NCBI GenBank assembly: GCA_963850215.1
Contig: CAWKKI010000006.1
Coordinates: 5,535-69,534 of the forward strand
Origin: an uncultured Actinomycetota bacterium
GTDB taxonomy: Bacteria > Actinomycetota > Actinomycetes > UBA12327
Length of the DNA stretch: 64,000 nucleotides
Reading direction: 5' to 3'
A program made the position numbers and the translations under genes. A model generated the notes under the pieces. The model had not been told where the DNA came from. It was given only the letters and a program-made list of their open reading frames with translations, and did no database searches. Shown here piece after piece: positions 11,612 through 24,306 of this stretch (position 1 is the stretch's first letter; the number at the start of each line of letters is the position of its first letter).

Positions 11612-13462
11612 GTGGCATCGCTCATCGAGGACTACGCCCTTATCGGCGACACGATCACCTCCGCGCTCGTGGACAAGAACGGCTCCATCGACTGGTGGTG
11701 CGTGCCGCACGTCGACTCGTCCGCTGCGTTCGCCGCGTTGCTCGGCCATCCAGAACACGGTCGTTGGATGATCCGCCCGGCGGAGGAGATTCGTGCGGTT
11801 CGTCGGCGATACCTCGAAGACACGCTCGTGCTAGAAACCGAATTCGAGACTGCATCCGGTGTCGTTGCAGTCACCGATTTCATGCTTCCGGGCAACGAGA
11901 ACCCGGTCATCTTCCGGGCTGTCGAGGGTCGGCGCGGAACCGTTGAGATGGAGATGGAACTCATCGTCCGGTTCGACTACGGCTCGATCGTGCCGTGGGT
12001 CCGCCGCACCGGAGACGGCCTCACGATGGTCGCCGGGACCGACGCGCTGCGCTTCCACAGCCCGGTACCGCTGCGTGGCGAGGACCATCGCACCGAAGCC
12101 GATTTCGTGTTGACCGAAGGGCACGGCTATCGCTTCTCGTTGGCCTGGTATCCGTCCTGGGACGAGGCGCCCATGCCGCTGGATGGGCGCGCGGCGATGT
12201 ACCGCACCGTGACGTGGTGGCGCGACTGGATGAAGAGCTTGAACCACGAGGGGGTGCTTCGCGAACAGATCGCGCGATCGGTGATCACCATCAAAGCGCT
12301 TACCTACTCGCGCACGGGGGCGATTGTGGCTGCTGCCACCACCTCGTTGCCCGAACAGATCGGCGGTGAGCGAAATTGGGACTACCGATACTCATGGCTG
12401 CGCGATGCCTCACTCACGCTGCAGGCGGTGATCACCGCGGGCTTCGATGCCGAAGCTGCCGCGTGGGCTGACTGGTTACGGCGCGCAGTGGCTGGAAGTC
12501 CTGGCGACTTTCAGATCATGTACAGCGTGTCTGGCGGACGACGACTCACCGAGATCGAGCTGGACTGGCTTCCCGGGTACGAAGGCTCTGCACCGGTGCG
12601 GATAGGCAACGCAGCCAGCAACCAGTTCCAGCTCGACGTTTACGGCGAGGTGCTCGATGCGGCGCTTACGGCCGCGAAAGCGGGACTTCCGAATCTCACG
12701 TCCGGTTCGAACGAGATGCTTGCCCCCACGATGGAACACCTGGACCGGGTGTGGCCGCATCCGGACGAAGGTATCTGGGAGATCCGCGGTCCTCGTCGGC
12801 AGTTCGTGCACTCAAAGGTGATGGCGTGGGTGGCGTATGACCGCGCCATCCAGCTCGCGCATGTGCAGGGTGCAGAACACCATCCGATCGCCCACTGGGA
12901 GGCGACCCGCGACGAGATCCATACCCAGGTCATGGAGATGGGCTGGAGCCCGTCGCGCAACAGCTTCGTGCAGTACTACGGATCTGAAGAAGTTGATGCG
13001 AGCCTGCTGATGTTGGCGCGGGTCGGATTCCTGCCGCCTAACCATCCTCGAATCGTCGGCACGGTTAAGGCGATTGTCGACGACCTGTTGGTCGATGGAT
13101 TCGTTCAGCGCTACCGCACCTCAACGAACAATGTTGATGGCCTCAGCGGTGGCGAGGGAACTTTCCTGATGACCACGTTCTGGCTCGCGGACAACTACGC
13201 GCTCATGGGTCGCATTGACGAGGCGCAGGCGATCTTCGACCGGCTCCTCGGTTTGCGCAACGATGTTGGACTGCTCGCGGAGGAGTACGACCCCAATGAC
13301 GAACGGATGTTGGGCAACTTCCCCCAGGCCTTCTCGCACCTAGCCCTCATCATCACCGCGATGCAGTTGTCGATGGCCGAGAAGACTCCGCTCGAGCACC
13401 GCACCGAGACGTCCGCGACGTCTCCCCACGATCAGTCGAAGAGGTCGGCGCCCCAGACCTGA
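11612..13462 (+). CDS. Glycoside hydrolase family 15 (trehalase/glucoamylase-like)
   Basis: IEDYALIGD, SLPEQIGGERNWDYRYSWLRDA, QLDVYGE and GNFPQAFSH motifs. Confidence 0.93.
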   Translation: MASLIEDYALIGDTITSALVDKNGSIDWWCVPHVDSSAAFAALLGHPEHGRWMIRPAEEIRAVRRRYLEDTLVLETEFETASGVVAVTDFMLPGNENPVIFRAVEGRRGTVEMEMELIVRFDYGSIVPWVRRTGDGLTMVAGTDALRFHSPVPLRGEDHRTEADFVLTEGHGYRFSLAWYPSWDEAPMPLDGRAAMYRTVTWWRDWMKSLNHEGVLREQIARSVITIKALTYSRTGAIVAAATTSLPEQIGGERNWDYRYSWLRDASLTLQAVITAGFDAEAAAWADWLRRAVAGSPGDFQIMYSVSGGRRLTEIELDWLPGYEGSAPVRIGNAASNQFQLDVYGEVLDAALTAAKAGLPNLTSGSNEMLAPTMEHLDRVWPHPDEGIWEIRGPRRQFVHSKVMAWVAYDRAIQLAHVQGAEHHPIAHWEATRDEIHTQVMEMGWSPSRNSFVQYYGSEEVDASLLMLARVGFLPPNHPRIVGTVKAIVDDLLVDGFVQRYRTSTNNVDGLSGGEGTFLMTTFWLADNYALMGRIDEAQAIFDRLLGLRNDVGLLAEEYDPNDERMLGNFPQAFSHLALIITAMQLSMAEKTPLEHRTETSATSPHDQSKRSAPQT

Positions 13463-13540
13463 CCTTCACTCAGGCCGGGCGGGCACGCGAAGACCGCGCT
13501 GCCGGTGTGCTGGCTGGTTCGTGCTTGTGTCGAGGATTGG

Positions 13541-15007
13541 TCAGCCGCAGATGTTGGTGGCGGCGTTCTTCGTCGCCAGGTTGCCCGAGGAGGACGAGGA
13601 GCTTGACCCGACCTTGACCTTGACGACTGCGGAGTAGGTGGTCCCCGTGATCACACGAATCTGGCTGATGCCGCTTGTCTGAACCCCGGTCGAGCCGGGG
13701 ATGGCGGCGAGCACCGTGCGGGCGGCTGCGGCGAGCGAGGCGGGGTACTCCACCTCGGTCGTGGTGACGGTCGTGGTCGACCAGTTCTTGGCCGGGCCGG
13801 AGATTGCGAAGCCGTCGGTGGCCAGGGCGTTCGCCGTCTTGGTTCCGAGGCCTGCGGTCGAGGTTCCGTTATAGACGCTGACTGTGATGGACCCGGGCCG
13901 CACGGTCAGCGCGGTTGCCTTCGTGTTGTTCAGCGACGAGTCGTCGCGCAGGTCTGTGAACAGCTTCGCCGAGAGAACGGGGTTCCAGTCGAGCACCGAT
14001 CCGATGCCAGGCGCGTTCCTACCCGAGCTGTTGGCGATCGGCACAGTGATGAACTGCAGCTGCGACGGCTTGAACGAGCGCATCTCGTTCACAAAGCTCA
14101 ACAGTTGAGCGCTGGACATGTCCGTGGTGATCGACTTCGTCGCCGTCGACACGATCCTGTTGAACTCGAGTGGGTTGAGCAGGACGGAAGGCGAGGTCAC
14201 CTTGCGTGCAACGGAACTGACGAACCGCTGCTGGGCCTGGATGCGGCCGAGGTCCTCGTCTGCGTAGCTGTGTCGGTCGCGGACAAACGCCAGTGCCTCA
14301 GCGCCGTTGATGTGAGACGTGCCTGCTGGCAGATCGAGGCCACTACCTTGGTGGTTCACGACCGGGTCGTGCAGCGCCGTGGTCAGGCAGACGTTGACAC
14401 CGCCGATGGCATTGACGATGTTGACGAAGCCGTTCAGGTTGACCTGGACATAGTGGTCGATGTGCACGTTGGTCATCGACTCAACGGTCTCGATCATCAA
14501 CTGGGGGCCGCCGAGCGAGAACGCGGCGTTGATCTTCGCGTGCTTGGCGGCGTGGTGTACGCCCTTGCCGTCGGTGTACGCCGGGATGAGCGCGTAGGTG
14601 TCGCGCGGAATGCTGACGACAGTGATGTTCTTCTGCTTCGGGGAGATGTGGATCAGCATCATCGTGTCGGTGCTGTCGCCGCCAATGAATCCGGTGTGCA
14701 ACTGGGCTTGTTGTTGTCTCGTGAGCACCTGCCGATCGTCCGAGCCGACGAGCAGGATGTTCTGCGCAGTCACGTTCACTACGACGCTGGGACGGTTGGT
14801 GACCCCAGCAAAGGCGTCGACGTGGTTGACCTGACCCAGATAGTGGCGGGCGAGGAAGTACACGCCGCCACCGGCGACGAGCAGCAGGATCAAGAGCACC
14901 AGCAGAGAACGGACGAGGATCTTGCCCCAGGAGCGACGGCGCTTGGGCGCGCGGCGAGGCGACAGACTCGGGGGGAGACTGGACGTGACGCCCGTCTCGC
15001 TGCTCAT
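13541..15007 (-). CDS. LCP (LytR-CpsA-Psr) family protein with C-terminal LytR_C domain
   Basis: One TM helix; NILLVGSD, TDTMML, SIPRD, KINAAF, FVRDR, DLGRIQAQQ; C-terminal VSVYNGT...GLG. Confidence 0.93.
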   Translation of the reverse strand: MSSETGVTSSLPPSLSPRRAPKRRRSWGKILVRSLLVLLILLLVAGGGVYFLARHYLGQVNHVDAFAGVTNRPSVVVNVTAQNILLVGSDDRQVLTRQQQAQLHTGFIGGDSTDTMMLIHISPKQKNITVVSIPRDTYALIPAYTDGKGVHHAAKHAKINAAFSLGGPQLMIETVESMTNVHIDHYVQVNLNGFVNIVNAIGGVNVCLTTALHDPVVNHQGSGLDLPAGTSHINGAEALAFVRDRHSYADEDLGRIQAQQRFVSSVARKVTSPSVLLNPLEFNRIVSTATKSITTDMSSAQLLSFVNEMRSFKPSQLQFITVPIANSSGRNAPGIGSVLDWNPVLSAKLFTDLRDDSSLNNTKATALTVRPGSITVSVYNGTSTAGLGTKTANALATDGFAISGPAKNWSTTTVTTTEVEYPASLAAAARTVLAAIPGSTGVQTSGISQIRVITGTTYSAVVKVKVGSSSSSSSGNLATKNAATNICG

Positions 15008-15337
15008 GTTGGGGTCCGTTCGTCTCGTGGTGTGGGTAGGCAGGCCGGTGACTGCTGGGCGCGGGAACGTGGGTACCAGCGTAATTGCTCCGAGGCAGTG
15101 CAGCGTCCCGGAGCGCTCCCCCTTGGCCTACCCGCCATGGGGCTGTATTCAAACTGTGAACAGGCTCCGCGGGTGCGCATTGCCTCACATGTCGGACGAA
15201 CTGGCCCCAGGGGTGGTTCCCCGAAATATCCAGTCACACCACGGCGACCGCGTTGTAGTTTCAGAACGTGAGCGCGATCACACTGACCTAGCGTCTCCTC
15301 GCGCGGGCGTGAGTGGCAGGGACGGAGTGGTGGACGC

Positions 15338-18300
15338 GTGAGTTTGGCGAGCAGGTGGCGGATCGGATCCGGCTGGCGCGCAGCGTTGGCGATCGGCGCG
15401 TCGTTGGCCATCGTGGGTGCGTCGTTGATCGTGCTCCCGGAGACTTCCGCCGTAGCGGCAGCCCCCACCATCGTGGTGTCCAAATCGGCACCTGGCTCGG
15501 GACTCGTCGACAGTCCGATCCGCTACACATTGACCGCGTCCAATCCAACGGCCACTGGTGCCGTGCCGCAGTACAACGTGTCCTTCCGTGACGTGCTGCC
15601 CGTGGGAGTCACATACGTCTCCGGTTCGACCAGTCCGGCCGACGCTGGCGACCCGACTATCTTCACCGACGCAGTGTCGGGCGCGCAGACGCTCGTGTGG
15701 GACGACGTCGCCGACCTGCAGGTGAACTCGACCTACTCGTTGTCCTTCAGCGTTCTTCCGAGTCCGACCGACTTCCCGGTTGGGACCGTCGTGAGCAACA
15801 CGGCAAGCGGGTACGTGAGCAGCGATCCGAATGTCGAGCCTGATTTCGACGCCACCGGACTTCCGGTTGCCGATCCTGCGGTGACTTCTGCCAGTTCCGC
15901 GCCCGTGTCGACCCTGATCAGCGCATTGGACATCAAGAAGTCCGAACCGAGCCCCGAGGCCGAGCTGATGCGCGGCGTCCACGACAACTCGACGACCTAC
16001 ACCCTGACCGTCACCAACTCGCCACTGGCTGCAACCAACCTCGTGACCGTTGCGGACTACCTGCCAGCTGGTCTGGAGTTCTTGGGCTGCGGTGGCGTCG
16101 ACAACTCGGCCGCGGGCACCACCGAGTATCCGGGATCGGGTCGACTTACCGCTGTGCCGGCGCTGGCTCCCGCGGTATGTCCGACGCCCGCGTCCGTGGG
16201 CACGGTTACTAACCCCGCCCCGGACGGGGGTCAGACCTTCCCGCCGGGCGTCTACACCAAAGTGACCTGGACCTTGCCTGGGTTGGCAGCGGCGGCATCA
16301 TTCACCATCCAGTACAAGGCTGGTGTCCCGCTGCAGGCCAACACCGCGACCTTCACTCCGGGGCCTGCGCCGTCGGCCGCATCTGGACTGCAGGCAGCGA
16401 ACCTCGACAACAACAATGGCGCGCTGACTGCGCAGACGCCTGCCGGTGCGCAGTCGCTGACCAACTACGCGGTGGTTTCCGGCAACTACACGGGCACCAT
16501 CTCCGGTGGCGGGTCGAATCCACTCACCGCTGTCACCTCGCACACGGTCACAGCCCAGGACCTGGCTGTGCAGAAGTCCGTGTCGCCGAGCCAATTCACT
16601 GCTGGTGGGGTCGTCACCTATTCGTTGAGGATCCGCACGAGTGAATACGCCAACTCAGCTGGCGTGGCGATCCTCGACACACTGCCCAACGGAGTGTGTC
16701 CGCTGCCGGCCGTCAACGGAGACAACTTCACGACTGCGCCGAACTCCGATTGCGTGGGCAGCACTGCATACGCGCCGACTGTGTCGGTAAGTCCTGTACC
16801 TGCCGGTGGGCAACCAAGCATCGCGTACGGGACGGTCACCCAAAACGCGGACGGAACCTTCTCCGTCGCGTTCTCGCCGCTAGCAATCTCTGCGGACAGT
16901 GTCGCCACGGTGACCTACAAGGCACGGATGCGCGCCCACTTCACCGGTGGGGCAGTCGCGGGCGAGCCCACGGTGTCAGGTGATGCCTTTACTAACCGGG
17001 TGAGCGTCACGGGCAATACCTCAGCGGCTGGGACTGTCCCTGCGTCGCTGCAGCCGTCCCAGACCGGAGTAAGCAACACGTCGTCGGCCACCCAGACCAC
17101 TGCAGGTGCCACTTTCGCGAAACTGACGCAGCCGAAGTCGACCAGCTCGACTACGACCCCGCTCTACTACAACTGCAGCGTCGACGGCACGCCCAACCAG
17201 TCCCCAGTCACGTACGCGAACTCGAACGCGACCATCGCGACGAACCCCGCGGAGTGGACCTTCCGCAAGGGCGATCGAATCTGCTTCCAGATCACGGCTG
17301 CCTTCCCATCGGGCACCCAGACCCGCAATCCGGTGGTCACCGACTTCCTGCCGCAGGGAACCACGTACGAACCCAACTCCGTCCAGATCGCCGACGGCTC
17401 GGTCGACCCAGCTGGCGCGAACACCATCCCGCAGACCGAGGTCGCGTTCAGTCAAAGCGGCCGGGCGTTGACATGGACGTTGGGCGCTGCGGACGCGAGC
17501 GGCAACCGGTTTGTTCCTGACGGTTCGGTCTTCAGCGTGCGGTTCTCCGCCATCATCGCGGCTAGCGCGACGGGCACTCGCGCGTTGCTCACGGGCAATC
17601 TGGCGAAGATGCGGGCCGAGAACACCGAAGGTCAGTCCAAGTCCTTCCGCGACACGCAGCAGTTCGACATCGCTTTGGCCCCGCCCATCACCATCACCAA
17701 GGGGGTGGCCCAGGTCCAACGAGGTGCCGACATCGTCAACGGTCCCAACGGGCCGAACGTTGACGGTGTCACGGTGCGTGAGGGTGACCTCATCACCTAC
17801 CGCCTCGATGTGACCAACGCGGGTACCGCTTCTAACGGCAACAACTTCGCTGCACGAGCGTTGCAAGTCTGGGACGTGTTGCCTGCGGGCACGACCTGCG
17901 CGAACGTGACGATGCCGATCCCGTTACCAGCACAGGAACCGCTCGTCGCGGCGGACGTGACCGGACGCAGCGCCACTTGCTATGACCCGGGTAGCGCCAA
18001 CCAACCCAGCTACGCGCAGTCGGCTACCCAGTCGGCGATCGTCTGGTCACTGAACTCACGTGATGCCGACGCACTCTTCTCGACCGATCAAGTCGCAGCT
18101 GGCCTGGCCTCGGCCGACACCAAGGAGTTCACCTACCAGGTGGCCGTGCCCGACCCGACGTCCGAAGCGACTTCTCTGGTCAACACGGGCAATGTGCGTT
18201 CGTTTGAGGGTCCGACAAATGCCGGGACCACCTTGACCTACTTCCCGAAGAACAACGTCGATACCTCGATCCCCACCGCGGATCAGGACGCGAACCCAGC

Positions 18301-21300
18301 AAGTGATCCGTCGAACGTGGTGCTGGCCTCAGCGGTTGTCACCAAGACCCAGACCACCTCGATCACGGAGGCTGGCAACGACGGACCCGCTCAAGCGGTA
18401 ATCGGCGAGGGCGTGACCTACGCGGTGAGCGTGACCGTGCCCGCAGGGACCTCGGCGTTCAATGCGCTGTTGACCGATCCCATGCCTACAGGCATCACCC
18501 TCTTGAATGGCACCCTGACCTTCTACCCGGACGCGAACAGTTCGACCACGGCTAGTCCGCCCCTCAGAGTCACCTTGTCGACCACGGCAACCCAGGCCCA
18601 ACTGACGTTCCCTCGGATCTATACGAACTCGACATCGACTGACCAACGATTCACGATGACATTGGTCGCGCGAGTCGACACGTTGGCATCGAACGCGCAG
18701 GGTGTTACGCGGTCGAATACCGCAACCCTGACGGCCACAACCTTGCCCGGCGGTGGCAATGCGTTGCCTGCCATCAGCTCGAACACGACGGACCTCAACA
18801 TCGTTGAGCCGGCTCCCTCGATCAAGAAGTCGCCAAGCGCGCCAACGGTGATCGGCGGGCAGACGGTTACCTACACCTTGACCGCAAGCAACGCGTCCGG
18901 TCGACCGCCCCTTCATGACGCATTCGTGTATGACTGCGTCCCGACGGGCCTGAACTCGCCCGCCTATCTGACTCCACCCGCCGGGACCACAACGTTGCCG
19001 ATCGTGTCCGGCACTGGCACCAACGGCTGCGCGGTCGGCGCCACCCGACTTGCCTGGTACATCGGGACGATCAACGGTGGGTCGTCCGTGGTGGTCAAGT
19101 ACACGGCGGTCGTCGAGTCCAGCCCGATCGGCTTGGTGACGTACACGAACCATGCGACCGTGGCGGGCAACTCGCTGGCCAGCTCAAACACGACCGACCC
19201 GATATCTAACGGGGATCCAAACGGCCGGCCGTACAAAGCCACGACGAGTTCATCGATCGTCGTTGGTGGCGCCGCGATCTCCAAAACCGTCGATGCGCCG
19301 ACGTACACGATTGGCGGCGTCCCGACCTACACGTTGACTGCAACCTTCCCCGCCAACGTGACCTTCTATAACGCCAGCGTCATCGACAACCTGCCGGTGG
19401 GCACCACCGCCTCCAGCCTCACCACGGTGTCGATCACGTGCGCGAGCACGGACCCCGCAAACCCGCAGTGTGACTTGCCAGCGCTGCCGCTCCTCGCGTC
19501 CGCGGCTGGTAGCGGTGGATCGACCAACGTTGGCTGGTTCGTCGGGAATCTTCCGGCGAGCGCGTTCACCCGAACGGTCACGATCGTCTACACCGCGCGA
19601 GTCGCCGACGTGGCAAGCAACGTCGCAGGTTCAGCTGTCGTTGATTCAGCAAACGTGCGCTGGAACCTGCTACCGGGGCTAAGGCCGGTGTCCGCCGGAG
19701 CAACCTTCGACCGAACAGGGCCGACGGCAACGGCAAAAGTAACGGTCATCGAGCCTCAACTGTCTGTCGCCAAGACCGTCAGCAACAAGACGCCCGCCCC
19801 TGGGGATTCCTTCACGTACAGCGTCACCGTGACGAACTCGGCGGTCGCGACGTCGAGCCCGGCCTATGCCATGACCATTACCGACGTCATCCCGGTTGGA
19901 GTCATAGTGACGCCGGGCACGATCAGCGCCGGTGGCGTGCTGACCGGTGGCAATGCGACCACAGGTGGCGGCACGATCACGTGGACGATCACGGGGCCGG
20001 TCGTCCCGGGTGATTCAGTGAGCATGACTTATGCGGCGACGCTGGCAGCCTCGTCGACATTGACGGGCGCTGGCCTGGTCAACACCGCATCAATCACGCG
20101 TTACGCGTCCTTGCCCACCGGCACCACGGGTGCGCGGATCTACACGTCGAATCCACCAACTGCTACCGCCACCGTCACTCCGGGCTTCCCGCGCATCACC
20201 GCGAGCAAGGCTGTCGCGACCGGACCTGCGTACCTGAACCACCCGGTCGCCTACACGATCCGTCTGACCAACTCGGGTTCGACCACTGCCTACGGCGTGA
20301 ACGCGACTGACGTACTGCCTCGCTTCTGGACCTTCGACGCTGGTTCGGCGTTTGTCAGCGTCAACGGCGGATCACCGACTGCGGCACCGCCGACGGTGGG
20401 CACGGCCAATCCAGTCATCCTGAGCTGGTCTGCGCTGGGCACGCTAGGCCCTGGCCAGTCGCTGCTGCTGACTTACACCGCGACGCCGACCGACGCGTTG
20501 ACGACCCAGTCACCTCCACTCGTTGGTTCGACGGTGCCCCAGACCAACACGGTCGTGGGCAACGCGTTCGATGCCACCGGCGCGTCCGGCAATGCCACCG
20601 GGTCCTACTCGGCCGGGCCCGCGACCGCGACGACGCACGTCGATCAAGCGGACCTGCAGATCACCAAGAGCGGTCCTGCGACATTCGTGGCTGGTCGAGA
20701 CGGGTCGTGGACCGTTCTGGTGACGAACAACGGCCCGGATGCTGCGGCCGCTGCCCCTGGTGGCGCCATCCAGGTCGTTGACACCTTCCCCGCGGGGCTG
20801 GATCCGGCGACCGCCACTGTGAGCGGGCCGGGGTGGACGTGTAGTCGACCTGCGGCCAACTGGACCTGCATCCGCAGCAATCCCACAGACACGTTGGCGG
20901 TCAGCGCCTCGTTCCCCGTCATCACGATCACGGTCCCGATCCCCGCCGCCACGCCTGACGGCGCGACCTACACCAACACCGCATCTGTGACTCCCGATAT
21001 CCGCACCTACGACCCCAACGCAACCAACGACACGAGTCAGTGGACGTCCACTGTCAACGCGCAGGCCGACCTCGAGATTGTCAAGGCGCTGAGCGGCTCA
21101 CTCGTCGCAGGTCGTCCGGCCACCTACACCCTCGACGTGACGAACCATCGGACCGTCGGTCGCGCAGGGTCCGCTCGTCGTGACTGACACGTTGCCGGCT
21201 GGGTCGACGTTCGTATCGGCGACGGGAACCGGCTGGACCTGTCCGCAGTCGGCTGGCGTCGTCACATGTACGAGTTCGTTGGCTTCGCTGGGTGTCAACG

Positions 21301-24288
21301 CGGTCGCACCACAGATCGTGGTGACGATCGGGATCCCGTCCTCGCAAACTGCCAATGTTGTCAACACGGCGACGGTGTCATCGAGCACGACCGACCCGGT
21401 CCCGGGCAACAACACGGCGACTGTCTCGACGAGCCCTGCCACCCAGGCGGACCTGGTCCTCGGGAAGGTCCACGTGGGTGCGATCACCGCCGGCTCAACG
21501 TTCACCTATCGCTTCACCGTGGCCAACGACGGGCCATCGGATGCTGCCGCCCCAGTCACTGTCACTGACACGCTGCCGCTCGGCCTGACCTACACGTCCA
21601 CCGCGCCCGTTGGTACGGATCCGGCCTGGACGTGCGTGGTCACTGGTACCGATCTCTTGGGTCGCCAGCAGCTCACCTGCACGCTCGGCGGCACTGGCGG
21701 CCTGGCAGCTGGAGATGAGATCGCATTCGACATCACGGGCCAAGTTGGCAGCGGTGTGACCGGCGCAGTCGTCAATAGCGCAACGGTGTCGTCACCCACC
21801 ACCGATCCAAACCTTGCCAACAACACCGATGGAGATCGGTCCAACGTCAACACGTCGGCGGACCTGAGCATTGCGAAGACCCATACCGGCATCGTGGTAG
21901 CCGGCGGATCGGTGACCTACGCCATCACTGTGACCAACCATGGGCCGTCAAACTCGGCTGGCCCGATCACGGTCGTCGACGTGTTGCCGCCGGGCATTAC
22001 CTACACCTCATCCACCGGCGCCGGATGGGTATGCACTCCCGGGACCACTACGAGCATCGGCCAGACCGTCAATTGTCGACACGCCGCGGCGCTCCCTGCC
22101 ACGGCGGGCAACAACGCCTCGACGTTCAGGCTCACAGCCGCCGTGAGTCCGTCAGCCGGTCCGGACACGGTCGTGAACTACGCGGCCGTGATCGCGACCA
22201 CCGACGACCCGGTCCTGACGAACAACGTCACGAGCGACCCGACGGTCATCAGGACGTTCGCGAACGTGCACATCGTTAAGACCCGGGCCGGGACTGGGCC
22301 GGTGACGGCGGGGGACACCGAGACGTTCACCCTCACGGTGGGCAACGACGGTCCCTCAGACGCCGACAACGTTGTCGTCGGTGATCAACTGCCGGTCGGT
22401 ATGACGTTCGTCTCGGCGAGCGCCCCGACCTGGAGTTGTGTCAACGTGGGTCGCACCGTGGGTTGCGTACGGGCTGTCCTGCCCGCTGGTGCTACCAGCA
22501 CCATCACGGTGGTAGCCAGGGTGAACTCGAACGTGCCCGATGGCACCTCGTTGACCAACACCGCCGTGGTCGGGACCTCGACCCCAGGAGATCGCCCCGG
22601 CGACAACACCAGTTCCGTGGTTGTGCCCGTGGTCGCGCGCGCCGATCTGTCGTTGCAGAAGTCGCACATCGGCGGTGCTGCGACGGCGGGTGGGACGGCC
22701 CAGTTCGTCATCTCCGTCGACAACCTCGGACTGTCCGACGCGGTCGGTCCGATCACCGTGGTCGACACGCTGCCCAGCGGCCTGACCTACAGCTCGGTGA
22801 CCGCGCCGTGGACGTGCACTGCTGCAGCCGTGGCCGGTGACGGCACACAGACCGTGACGTGTGAGCTCGACGTTGCCTCGTTGGTCGCCGGGAACGCCGC
22901 TCCCGACCTCGTCATGACCGTAGATGTCGCTGCCGAGGTGCCTGCCGGGGACGTGACGAACACCGCGACAGTCTCCTCGCCGACCACGGATCCACGAGAG
23001 GCGAACAACACAGACACCGAATGACTTGCCCATCGTCGAGTCCGCCGACGTGTCCTTGACCAAGTCGCATGACGGTCCGGTTCGAATCGGCGACGCACTC
23101 GACTTCGAGCTCATCGCTAGCAACGCGGGCCTCTCGGTAGCCCGTGATGTCGTCGTAACCGATCCGGTCCCCGACGCACTCACCGTGACCGGTGCCTCCG
23201 GCACCGGCTGGACCTGTGACGTTGCTGGGCAACTTGTCACCTGCACGCTCGACGCGCCGCTGGCGCCGAACACGTCCGCCGCCCCGATCACCATCAGCAC
23301 CGTGGTGACCGCGGCCGACTACCCCTCGGTCACCAACACCGCCCACGTCTCTACATCGGCGCACGATCCGAATCCGGTGAACAACTTCGCGACTGACCGC
23401 GTCCTCGTGCCGCCGCTCGTCGACCTTGCCATCAGCAAGACGCACACCGGTGTGCTGCAAGTGGGTAGCGACGCCACCTACACGTTGAGTGTCGTCAACC
23501 TGGGACCGACGAACGACCCGAATCCGATCAGCGTTGTCGACACCCTGCCGGCCGGACTCACCTACGTCTCCGCTACGGGTGTGGGCTGGACCTGCAGCGC
23601 GAACGGTCAGACCGTCCTGTGTCGGCTGCCCGCTGGGATGGACGTGGGTGCGGCTACGCCAATCACGTTGGTGGTGCACGTCGGTTCCCCCGCGTACCCG
23701 AGCGTGACCAACACGGCGAGCGTGTCGAGTGCGTCGGAGGACACCGACCCGACGAACAACTCGGCGAGCGACCCCGCCGAAGTGCTTCCTTTGGTGCAGT
23801 TGGGGCTGACGAAGACCGTCGTGTCCTTCATCGACAACACCGCGACTTACCGGCTCGTGGTGACCAACCACGGTCCGCAGTCGACGGTGTCTCCGATCGT
23901 GGTCACCGACGATCTGCCGGCCGGACTCGCCTTTGTCTCGGCCAGCGGACCTGGATGGTCGTGCGCAGCCGCAGGCTCGCTCGTGACGTGCACCTACCCG
24001 GCAGCGCTCGCGGTCAACGAGTCGGCAGCGTTCACCCTCGTGGCGACGGTCACGGCTGCTCCCGGCGCGACGATTGTCAATACGGCAACTGCGTCGGGCG
24101 GCGGCGATTCGAGGGGCGCCGAGGTGCTTGGCGAGACGGCTGAGGCTTCGTTGGTCGTGCCTGCCGCCAGCGGTGGCGTGCTTCCGCACACGGGCGCCGG
24201 GGTCGCCAGCACGATGCTCTTGGCGATCGTGATGCTGAGCCTCGGAGTGGCGATGACGCTGGCAACCAGGCGGCGGCGCACACGCTGA
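15338..24288 (+). CDS. Giant sortase-anchored surface protein with DUF11/isopeptide-type Ig-like repeats (about 2,980 aa; two +1 frameshifts near 21148 and 23021)
   Basis: N-terminal signal peptide; many repeats (ADLxIxK...YTLTVTNxGPS...VxDTLPxG...WTC...NTAxV); C-terminal LPHTG, hydrophobic helix and RRRRTR. Joins ORFs 15338..21187, 21180..23024 and 23026..24288. Confidence 0.88.
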
Positions 24289-24306
24289 TCGTTCCGGACA
24301 GTCGCG

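Noticed and set aside
15338-24288. Internal repeats as a possible CRISPR or tandem DNA array
   Set aside because: The repeats are degenerate protein-domain repeats with no identical DNA repeat-spacer pattern.
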